Source of the DNA: Botryllus schlosseri
Lineage: Eukaryota
Direction: 5' to 3'
Assembly: GCA_051294905.1 (NCBI GenBank)
Contig: CM119383.1
Coordinates: forward strand, 4,464,001-4,528,000
DNA: 64,000 nucleotides
Shown: one piece after another, positions 37,201 to 49,200 of the stretch
Layout: each line of letters starts with the position of its first letter
Numbering within the stretch: the stretch's first letter is position 1
Program-made: the position numbers and the translations under genes
The notes under the pieces: model-generated
Seen by the model: only the letters and a program-made list of their open reading frames with translations
Database searches by the model: none
Told to the model about the DNA's origin: nothing

Positions 37201-40200
37201 ACCAAACTGTAATAAGCGTGTTATTGAAGATAGTAGATTCACATTTTTACTGTTGTCTACAATTGTACGTGTTGTTTTAAGAAGGTCATGTTGATTGCCT
37301 CAAGTTTCAAAAAAATATCAGGTCGCTCTCCCGGAAATACAATAACAAAATAAAACATAGACATGGTTGTATGGCTCTTTTGGGAAACACTATTTAAAAT
37401 GTAGCGCAAATACGTCTCTTTTTACAATATATTCATTCCTATTAATGTTGCTTAGATGAACGTAAAATTCACCTGCACGGTACGCGGAACCCCCACTCCG
37501 ACCGTGACGTGGTACAAGAACATGGTACCTCTGGAACCGTCGCTTCACAATCCAGGGAAATACAAGATTTCGAAGCTATTCGGACTACACACACTGGAAA
37601 TTAACCGGTAATTTGTCGCAGTTATCTCATTAGATAAATTAGAGCGAATTACCGGTAATATAATTCGTGAAATATTTCTATGCTCTAATTTTAATTCTAA
37701 CCTACTTTATGGTTATCCTGAAAATGCTATAGGAGAATTGTATAGAATGAAACGAGCCAAGCTTGCTGTATATAGACAGGTGCCATTCTCGTAATTATGG
37801 GGATGAACTCTGATTCGATATGAACTGAAGTTGAATTATGTTGTTTTCTCAGAGCTTCAATAGAAGACTCCGGGACATACCGAGTATCGTTGCAAAATCG
37901 CAAGGGAGAGATCTCGTGTTACGCTACTCTACTTGTGCGTCGGTATGATGGCGGAAAAATGGGCGTGGTCGATTTGCGATCGGGATATAACATGAGGAAG
38001 CCCACCGATTACCCGGACGTGGAAGGTCTCAGTGTTCCTGGTACGGTCGAAATATCTGTCATGTGTGATGTCATATGTTTGTGCACGTATCATCGCTAAT
38101 GTACAAGTTCATTTGAAAGGTTGCAAGCCGTAACGAGGTCTAACTGCAAACAACATAAACTTTGGTTAAAAGTATTTCCGGCATACGTAGGCACTAATGG
38201 GGAATGGGGATACAATTTTTGCATTGAATTTCCTAATAGAACACTGGCTCATATATTTTAATTTTGGCAAAGGTGATCCTGGTCTGGCGCAATGCAGAAT
38301 TAGTCCGTCAGATATAGGTTTCTCAATGATAGTCGGTGCATGTAAAAGCACGATTATTACGTCAAACATCAACGAAAAAGCATAGTGGTATAAGCATTAA
38401 ACGCTGCATTTAGCAAATTAAACTTTTTTCTCGTTTTGACACATAAACGTTGAAATCGTTGTGGCAGAAAATTGTCACAGTACCAGAAAAATGAAGTTAC
38501 TAGCTTACCCCCATACTGTAATTAATCGTACCCCATTGCCAATTGGCAACGCTGCACTCGCATAATGACTACGATTCATTCTCGCCGCTTCGAACCATGT
38601 ATTGTCGGCGTCACTCGCACGCGTGTAAAGATCACCTACGACACGTTCGCACCAGATTTAGGTTCATCCGCAGTCATAACCAACACGACTTGCCTTGGCT
38701 ATTTGTCGCATCGCGTGAGCGGAAGTCATTCATCTCGCCGCATTCCGTACATTATCGCGTCATAAAACATCGTCGCGACCGTCGTCCGATACAGACGCGC
38801 TGGGATTTTCATCTGCACGCACCATCGCTAGCAATCGAAAAGCGTCGGTACGAACATCATGATTCTACTGAGCCACAGACACCGATGGGAAAGTCCGACT
38901 CGCTTTTCAGATAGAGCCCCTCACACCAGTCGGATTGAAGTAAATCAATACGATGAACTACCGGACACGGACGCGGCCAGGCGCTTCAAGTCTCAACTGG
39001 ATAATCTGGATTTTGACGTATCCAGGCTGATGAAGGCAGCAAAATTCGAGAAGGATTTGAGCAAAATCGGGAGCAAAACCGGTGATTTGAGGTCGCAAAC
39101 CATCGACACCGATTCACCGGATTCCGGAAAGAGTATCGGTACTGCACCTCACCAGCCGTCGCTTAATTACAGCGGTTTGGTGACTTTCGCGGACGGCGAA
39201 AGGCGAGGCTCTGGTATCAGCGACGGAGGAAAGGGTTATCTGAGCGACGTGTCCACCGACAACTCGGACCATTCTGCGCATAAAAACCGCTTCAAGGTGG
39301 CCATCGAAGTCAGCGTCACTAACGAGAATAGACGAGACAGCCTGGAGCCGTTCGAAAAACGCGTATCCTCTGACAAGAAAGCCGTGGCGGAGATAAAGGA
39401 CGGTGATGTGGAATCAAAGGCGCAGCAGGCGACTGGTGCCAATGGTAGCGACAATGTCGCCGAAAAATCTGACTAACGACTCCGAATATGAATGAAATAC
39501 CATAATGTAGCAACGGTTTAATACATAATGATGACTGCATCCAACGATGCACAATCAAGCGTCTTCATGACAAACCAATATAGTATATAAAGTCTGGTCC
39601 GCTTCGTGATTAATATTGTGCATTTCATGTGGACGAATATATCATGCGCTATCCGATAACACATCTGCACCTACCAGTGGGTGGTAATTTGAATTTTGCG
39701 ATGAATATTGCGATACTTCTTACTCGATTATTATTATACGGGAATACAGAGATTATGGGTATGACTTTACAAGACCCGAGCCTGATCGATTTTCGTCGAT
39801 GCGGTAGGAATCGTTGGAATCGTTTGTGCTAACAATTAAAGCCATGTAAAATAACGTAGTTGTTTTGTTACTGCAGTCGTCTAAAATTATACATACGAAG
39901 ATTGGACTGGGACCTAGTAATTTGTTGATTTAGGGCTGTGCTTTGCTGAATCTGCTATCAAATTCCCTTGCACGAGCCAGTTAAATGGTATGATATAAAA
40001 AGCGGTTGAATTGAGACTACCTATATGCGAGAGGCGGTCAGTAACGGAGTATTTCTACTTTTACTTTTTGAAGTACTCGAGTCGGTTTTGCCCGCCTGAG
40101 CTACGTACTCAAATAGATCAAGTAGCCTACCACTCACATCTTGCCATGGTAAAGTAGCCTCATCGAATCTTCTTTGACCTCAAGACCAAACCTACTTTCC

Positions 40201-43200
40201 AAACCTTTCGTTTTCCGCTTCCACTCGAGGCAGTTTTGTCTTATAAATTGCTACTTCGACTTAAATACTACTGAGTGGCAACGCTGACCACTTTGACAAC
40301 CTCTGACCTATGTAAGCTATATAGTTTGATGATTCATGCGAATGAAGAAGTGAAACTTCAAGTAGACTCCAGGATCCACAGAACGATTCGGGAAGCGACG
40401 AATTCAAATCGTTACCGTTCGAAAATTCAGGAGTAAATCTGTAACTGGTCTCTCTTACCTGACTCACACAGTCGCTATCCCGGTAGCCTGTGAGCTCAGC
40501 GATTGGTGCCGAGCTCGCTGTTAATCGCCATCTCACATTGGACGTCAAAGCGATGCGTCTTAGAATCTACGTTGCGACGCTATTTCGTACGTTATTATGC
40601 GTATAGGCGACTACGCGATAAAGTAGTGACAGTATTTGATTGCCACAATGCTGCGTTTGCGGCCTTGTCTATGCTGAAAGTGAAAGAAGTCGGTCCAAGA
40701 TTCAGTACGAAAACAAAATAATAAAATCTGTTGAATCTTATCGGACCACACCAGCTTTCACGGTTCAAGAATCGAGGTTCAGTTCTCGAGTCGTTTTAGG
40801 CTACCCTCGCTTCGTGACACCGCTTTTCGGGAAGACCATCAAAGAAGGCGATGCAGTTATTGTCACTTGTGAAGTCGAAGCAACGCCGGCCCCGGATGTT
40901 TTCTGGACTTTGGGCGGTAAGTATATCGAACCATTGTGTGCTAAGCTTAGCATACTATAATTGAGCTGGATAATGCTTATTGAGGCAAATAATAATCTGA
41001 TTAATATAATTGATGTTATGCGCTACGCCGGCTACAGAATACCAACCTGAATTGAAGGACACGTTGCATAAATTAGCCTACTAATTTAAAATTAGCATTT
41101 CAGCAAGTCTTGCAATATACGCGAATGCATTTTCTCTTACTATATACATGGAATAACAATGACTGGTATAGTTGTAGCCTATGCCTGTCTCGATACTTGA
41201 TACTAGACTCAGAATCGAATCATTGAGGTATACTCAATTTTGACCGGTATTATAGTTGTGTATCGACACCTTATGGACTAAATCCGGTGGGTGACAGTTT
41301 AGGAGACCGCAACAAGTCGTTCGGCATCCTCCTATATCAGTGGTCGAAAACCTATGGCTCGCGAGTCATATATGGCTCTTTTGGGTATAAGATATGGCTC
41401 TTTCACATATTTTTAATTTTAAACCTAATTTTATCGATATTGCAGCAAGTTGTCAGTAACTTTTCTTAACGGCCAGAATAATTATTCTCGTGGCAGCATC
41501 AACATGTTGTTGAGAGATCAAGTCAATGGCGTATCCAGGGTTAAGGGCTTTGACCCATTTTCAAAATCCTAAAATTTAAATTGCTGTAACGCTAGCGACC
41601 AATATCCCTCGCGAATTCGAAGTACCCGGCATCGCGCGCTGCGTGATCTTGGATTGCACCATACTTTGGTTGATCAAGAGAATAGCAGACATGGACAGAC
41701 AGACAGACAGACATACAGAAGTTTATTTTCAAATGCAAGAAAGTATTATGGTGAAATGGTGGCCAGCGATACGACCATCAGGTCATTAAGTCAGCTGGTC
41801 ACCTTATACATTATACAGACAGTCATATATAGGCCTATATGCAACACCAATTACATATATCCCATATATGTAGATCTATAATGATTAATGATTTGGCATA
41901 TCACTGCTGTCAATCTAGCTCAGGGGTGGGCAAACTTTTGAGCTCGCGGGCCGCATTCAACATCTGAATCCATTCGCGGGCCGCACTATATAAAATTGGG
42001 ATCATAAACCAAAACGCAATATTGCTGGTATTTGATTATATAGTGTGGACATGGAGATAATATATATGCTTATTTGAAACAAACCAAACATTGCAGTGAT
42101 GATATCGTACACGCGCCAGAAACAATGGCGAGATTTCATAGGCTGGTCGACCTCAATAACCAATTTGTCAAAACTATAGAGATGAAAGTCTGTTGTCCCG
42201 ATTCTTAGAACAGGATTGAAATTTAAATCTGTGAGCAGTGATCTGTTCATAGATTTACTAATTCCGCTTTGGGTTCAGTTCCAGGACACACAATGCTGAC
42301 AGCATCATAACCATGTTAGCTTCAAACACGCTTCTACCATATGTGTAGATTTCGCGCTCCCTTATCGTCATATCACAAAACGCAACCAGGATGTTATAGC
42401 AAACCTAACGGATAGTTTGGTGGCATGGGAGGTTACGACTGTTGATGAAAGATTTTTAAATATGAAATTCATACTAAATACAGAGCAATAATTATGAATT
42501 GGAAGGAAATCGCGCGAAGCGCGAAAAAAATTTTCAGTCGAGCTCAGCTTCGCGCTCCCCTTCAGAAGCTCTCATGACTCCAAGGGGCACGCGTCCCCCA
42601 GGTTGAGACCCACTGTCTTAGAATTATCATGGTGAAATATACTAAGACAAGGTTTAGTCAAGTCCCTGCATTAATTCGATTTTTAGTACGCATTTTATCA
42701 ATATTTTTAATAAGTTTCTTTAGACTCTCGCGGGCCGCACAGAAAGGTGTTACGGGCCGCATGCGGCCCGCGGGCCGTAGTTTGCCCACCCCTGATCTAG
42801 CTATATGCAAAAACAAGTAAGTAAACAGTTGGTAAAATAACAAATAACAAACGGTACCGAACTACCAATGGTATGAGAATGAAGGAACTAAACAATAGCA
42901 ATTTGGTTATGATTGCAAGAGCTGCTTTTTATAATGATATTTAAATTCGTTGAAAGACATATTTTTGAATTAGCATGGGAAGGCCTATATGACAATCTAG
43001 TTTTCAAATAGACATTGTCTTCCTTATCTACGCCGAGAAATGAACTGCTTGGAAATGACATTCCAATTACAAATACAAATTACAAACAACACTTCGCTAT
43101 CCACGTCCAAATTGATAAGTAGTGATGCGGTTAGATTGTAGGCGAGTAGTGCAACGTTTATGTTACCACCGAATTGAGAAGTCGGTCAATATTTATTTTC

Positions 43201-46200
43201 GGAATAATCGCTATAGTTATATTAGATTTATATCAGTTATTATAAATTCTGAGCTATTTACGATGAATTGCGCTATCAAGGGCTGATTGGTAGCCTATAC
43301 GAGTTTTTACAGGGAAAATATGGCGCCCACGACGAATCCCATGCAGTGACTTCGAATTACTACTACCATGACGTCACGAATTCAATGGTGACGTAACAAT
43401 TGATTGACATGTATGGCTATTTGGGCGTCAAAATGGAAAATATAGGGCTAACATGGCTCTTCAGACGAAAAAGGTTCCCGACCACTGCCTATATGTTCAT
43501 TACATCGCATTGTGTCTTATCGCATAGTACATTGTGTGTGTCTTGATCAGATGAAGATATAATATTACGGTTATTGATTACAATCCTTCAATAAAATCCG
43601 CATTCCTATAGGGCGAGCAATCGACGAAAAATCATCACACATCAAGCAGACTTTCGACGGCAAACAGGCAACGTTGATTCTACTCAAAGTATTCACTGAT
43701 GATGAAGGTAAATTTGACAACTACACTACCAAGAAAACGGACCTCACATCCGCATGCGTGAATTCTTCAGGAGAATACTGCTGCCGGGCATTCAACTCGT
43801 GCGGCGCGGCAACCTCTCGCTGCTATCTGCGAGTTGTAGGGACCGAAAGTCCTCCTTCCGCGCCTTGCTGCGTAGAGGCCGTCGAATCGACGCGCGATTA
43901 CGTCACACTGAGCTGGAAATGTCCCGGATATGTTGGACATTTCGGCGGCGCCGCGGTTGAAGGATACTACATAGAGACGTAAGACTCGTGTGACTTTGTC
44001 GCAATCGAGAGCAATGGTCAGTGCCCACTTGCACTGATTAGTGAAGTGGTTATATTTGTGAAGTAGAAATAATGCAGATTCGGGATTGGTTGGCATCACT
44101 TTTTTGTTCCCGAAATAGCCCGAGCAAACATATTTTCGAAAATTGCTCTATTTGTAGTATCGTCAGTCATTGTGCGTTGCCGCGAAGGTATGTCTAGCAA
44201 TGTCGGCAGTAACCCCCCCCCCAAAAAAAAAAAAAAAATCACTACTAAGATCATATGCGACACCTCCGACCTAAATAAATGACTCAAAAACTATTCACTT
44301 GAAATCTTTTCAAACTAATCATTTTACTGCTGCGTGAAGTATGTCTTTGGCTTGTCTTGGATATATATATACTGATGCTTGCATTTGAGTAGCAAGTCAT
44401 GTCATTACTTCGACTTCTAATTGAGTAGAATTTGTTATTACTTAAACCATCTCGGCGAATCAATACTATATTTGCTTACTCGTCTGCAGCTGCGAAGCCG
44501 GTTCCTGTGTCTGGAGGCCGTGGAACAGACAGCCTGTGAAATTGATGAGGTCTCCGGTCACTGGGTTAGAAAAAGGGAAGGTGTATTTTTTCCGGGTGAA
44601 ATCGCTGAACAAATGGGGCGTCAGTCCCCCATCATTGCCCAGCGCGGCAGTGGCATTGCGCGACGCAGGCACCCCAAGACTGCCCGAAGGTGGGTGTGCT
44701 ATCCATGGTGAAAACGATTCGTTTTAAAGACCTTACGTCGGCATTCTAATTAGTCAATTTAAATTGTACTGTTTTTCGTAGAATTTGCCGATCCTTCTAC
44801 TTTGATTCCGCCTGTCATCGAGGAAGAGCCTGAGGTCGAGGGTCAGGAGGAAACAAAAGAACTCCCGGGTTTGTACGATACGTTGATGGATGTATCTAAC
44901 GACTGATTAACAGGGCTGAATCGAGTATTAAGATTCGAGTACACATAAGGAAGGGTTCTTCAAAAGAGGTTTTTTGTCTTCAGTGGCACCCTCTGCAATC
45001 AACGTCACTCCCAATAAATCCGGGAGTGGAATCGTAATTACATGGAAAGGATCTGACACGGACAGCATAGGTATGTCATGTATATCCAACCTTTGGCGGC
45101 GCGCGTTGTTTTAAATACGTCTACATCGTCCGAACCATGGTTCACAATCGAACGGGGATTTCTGTTGTCGTATTTTGATAATATTCCGAAATTTAGATAT
45201 TTTATTCTTAACCGGTACCTTGGAAGGGCGTTCCAGCATTTATGCATCGGTTTGAAATAGATGTCTCTTCTGTAGCGGATGGGTATCTGATAGAATCGAA
45301 GGAAGAAGGTGCCGTCGATTGGAAAACCGAAACGAGTCTGCCTCTGAAAGTAACGGATCCTTATCCAGTAGCGGGGCTCGAACCGGGAAAGACTTATCGG
45401 TTAGTATAATAAACACATGTTGTTAAGGTGCATGATCAGGCCTGCTACTGACGTAGACTTAGAAGGAACGCCGTCCATTTTTCTAAATATTAATTAGAAG
45501 AAGCGGTTTCCGAGACATGTTAAAGGTACGTCAGATGGATGTAGAAAATAATGGGATAAATATTACTGAAGGAAGTAGTCTTAGAAAGTAGATTTGGTTG
45601 ATGGTTCGCATACTTTTAGCATGGCTACTTTGGAAATTCCATGTTGCATCTTTGCGACTAACACACGACTATAATAACAGTATAATGATATTTTCGAGAA
45701 TACATCCATTCAGTGGCCGTGCTACGCGAGCCCCTTCCCCAGTTGTCACGTCAGTTCCACTCACAAAACTGATATAAAGTCAGACATCTCTCATAACTTC
45801 TTTCTACTTGCACAATCCAAAGAGTATACGGTAAGTGGTTTTGCCAATAATAGCTGAGTAGAAGTGGATACAAAGTAAAGTGAATTCATTGCCACTCGAA
45901 GGAGACGTGCAAAGACCAAACCTGCCTGAGTATATTCTGACAATGTAGAAGTACTTAGCTACTGATCACCTCTGATGATAAGCATACCATGGCAGCGATG
46001 CAATGCATTCAATGCACTCTCAACACGACAGATTCCGGGTATTCGCAGTGAACTCCGCCGGCTGTAGTCCCCCGTTGGAGTGCGCTTATTCTGTGACCAT
46101 GAAGGGGAAGGAATCGAGAATCGACGAGCAAATGAATCGTAAGCGACATTCGATTTGTGCTGCAACTATCAGATTCGTGTCTAATCTTTCTTGTAAACCA

Positions 46201-49200
46201 ATACAGAAGAACAGGACATATCAGATTTGGACGCCGTGCAGCAGATGGCGGTAGATGATGCGGATGGTGACCAAGGTTTAAGATTTGTCAATGGCTATAA
46301 AGCAGTGGTTCTCAACCTGGGGGGGGGGGCGTGAAAGCATCTGAGGGGGGGGCGCGAAGAAGCGGTCAGCTAAAAAAAAATTCGCGCTCTGCGCGATTTA
46401 TGTCCAATTCACGCGTGTTACTCTATATATAGACCGATTTTCATATTTTTGAATTCTCTCATCAACAGTCATAACCTTCCATGCCATCTAACAATCTGTT
46501 GGGGATGCTAGCATCCCGGTTGGATTTTGTGATATGACGATAAGGGGGGTGCAAAATTTTTCACTATCATAAAGGGGGGCGTGTCTGGAAAAAGGTTGAG
46601 AACCACTGCTATAAAGCGATTGCTTCGAGGCCAAGATGACAGGAAAATATATATGTCTTAAAGTCACTGGTTCTTAACCTTTGCTAATCTGGCAAACCCT
46701 TACGCTATAATCTGCAAACTTTCGGCGTAGCCCAAATTTTGGCTTGAGTCGCATCATTACTACAGAATACTGATGCACAAAATGAATTGTAGAGCTTCTT
46801 GGAGGTACAGAACTTCAATATACAATTGAATAGTATATTCATATTGAAATAAACCCGAATATTTTCGGCTGACACTCGTCAGGGGTAATCGTCAGCAACT
46901 AGTAGAGAATTGGAAAGAACATCGTATATCAACAATCGTATCAAAAAATATGACGTCACCAGCATGAAATTTCAAACGAGAGAGCGTTCAATGTACTTTT
47001 TTCAGGTGGTATACGAACTCCTTTTGTTGACAGAGTTTGGGTTGGTGTATTTTGATAAAAGTCGACTCCAAGGCACACAAATGGAAGTGTGAACGACCAC
47101 TCCCAATGACGCGAAATCTGTCATCTCGATAATTATTCACACAAATCGGATTATCTAATAGATGTTTGCCGATGGCAGAATTAATGGTCTTTGATCTGTC
47201 AGCATCAAGCTTAAAGGATGAGTTAAGGGTGAGCTTCTCACCGAGCCTGGTGAGCGTGTTCTGATAAATCTGGGGACATGCTGGCTTATACGTTCCTGCA
47301 GACGCTTTGACGACAGATGCCGCGTCGTTGGGAGGGGCCGTTCACACTTCCATTTGTGTGCCTTGCAGTCGACTTTTATCAAAATACACCAACCCAAACT
47401 CTGTCAACAAAAGGAGTTCGTGTACCACCTGAAAATAGTACATTGGACGCTCTCTCGTTTGTAATTTCATGCTGGTGACGTCATATTTTGTGATACGATT
47501 GTTGATATACGATGTTCTTTACAATTCTCTACTAGTTGCTGACGATTACCCCTGACGAGTGAAAGCCGAAAATATTCGGGTTTATTTCAATATGAATATA
47601 CTATTCAAAATGAATTGTACATCCAGGATAGTGTTATAAGTGCAAAACCGCTAAAACATGATTTCTGCACATAACAAGTTTATAATCTATAGATATATAT
47701 AGACTATATTGAATATTTACTGCAAACCAGGATGAGTTCTGCAGTAGGAGTCGAGTATGTGTCTGGAACTCCGCCGAACCTCACAGACTGACTCAATGAA
47801 CCGCTGGAGTTTGTATAAACCCGGATAAGAATCACTGTCTTAAGCGCAGTTAAATGCAACTGTGACTGATTTTGGGGAGCTATAGGTATAAGTGAATAGG
47901 CTGCAGTGTCACAAACAATACGATCCATCTGAATGCTTATAGACCGATGTGACCATAAGTATCGTCAAGCAGATTGATCACCACCCGTATAAAAAATCAC
48001 AATATCAGTAATAAATAGTGCACGTCGCAATTCACCACAGGAAAATGTTTCTGGAATAAATATCTTCTCAATGAAACGCGGTAGAGACATCGTTTGGTGG
48101 TCTCTGTTCAATTCAGCACGATTGGCATACTTTCGATTATATGGAGTAATCGTTTCAGAACTCGGCGTGAACCAACAAATAGAGAAGAGTTCGGAGGAAG
48201 ATACTGTTGAAAAAGTAATGCGTCTGTGTCACGTTTTCTAATCTCGCATCTTAGGAAAATAATCTTTACGTTTTAGAAAGATGTTGGTGAGGATTGCTTA
48301 CCTGCGAAGATAGAAATAAAGGACGAAAAAGTACAGAAAGGCATATTATCTAAAGTTCCTTCTGCTCCTGTCGATGTCGTCGAAATGAAGGTATATTTAT
48401 AGATATCGCAGACACATCTTGAAACTATTTTCCTATCACATGTCAAACCGTAACGCCTGTGTGTAGGCGACGAGAGAATTCATCATGATCGGATGGACAC
48501 CCCCCTTTAAAACGTTCGGACTCGATCCCGCGTATTACGTGGAAATGAGCGAAATTGGCACCAGTGAATGGATGATATGTAACCAGTCGCCGATTGGGTA
48601 ACTTGCTGTCATAAAGCGGTCGAGAGCCTGTTGTGTTCGAATTCTTTCTTAGATTGACTCATTACCCGGTTGTGGGTCTGAAACTCGGATGTTCGTATCG
48701 TTTCCGCGTGCGGGCCGTGACTGAGCACGGTACCAGTTCGTTTTCTGTGCCCAGCGAACCGATCGTTGCGAGTGACGGCATAAGTAAGTAGACTATTTAA
48801 GTGAAAAGAAGTATGTTTGCTTATGGTTTATCTATTCCAACGGTCACCAACCTTTTTGATGGCAAGAGCTACGTATTGGGTACTGATTAATGCGAAGGGC
48901 TGCATTCCGTCCCCCGCTGTCTTCCTTCCGTCTACTCGAGTCAGTTTGAATTTCTTCACTTTGGCATTCAGAGCGCTGGGCAGGGTTTCCGTACCTTACC
49001 ATGTAAATATAATATAACGCTTCCCGAGACTCAAGACTAGCATCTCCGGGTTCAGTTGCGTTGCCACAGAGGGAGCCAAAGCGCCCATATCCCCCACCCT
49101 TTTTCTCGTCGTCGAAAACGAGAGATATTTCTTTCTCTTTTCGTCGAAAACGAGAGAGCCAAGCCCAAACCGCAATGTAAATGGTCCCATCGACGAATCT

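Larger units (their letters stand above)
46792..47606 (-). mobile_element. 5'-truncated Penelope-like retroelement with inverted terminal duplication
   Basis: Minus strand encodes a frameshifted GIY-YIG C-terminus: KRLQERISQHVP...NSAIGKHLLDNPICVNNYRDDRFRVIGSGRSHFHLCALESTFIKIHQPKLCQQKEFVYHLKK. Approximately 47339-47606 is an inverted copy of the 3' end. 13-bp TSD aaaatgaattgta (46779-46791 and 47607-47619). Confidence 0.88.

Noticed and set aside
38166-38372. Antisense ORF resembling an Ig start (APTIIEKP...LHCARPGSPLPKL)
   Set aside because: It lacks the core Trp, is AT-rich, and has no partner exons or splice sites.
40261-40548. Antisense ORF with an LRR-like stretch (NDLNSSLPESFCGSWSLL)
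   Set aside because: A single imperfect repeat with no supporting exons.
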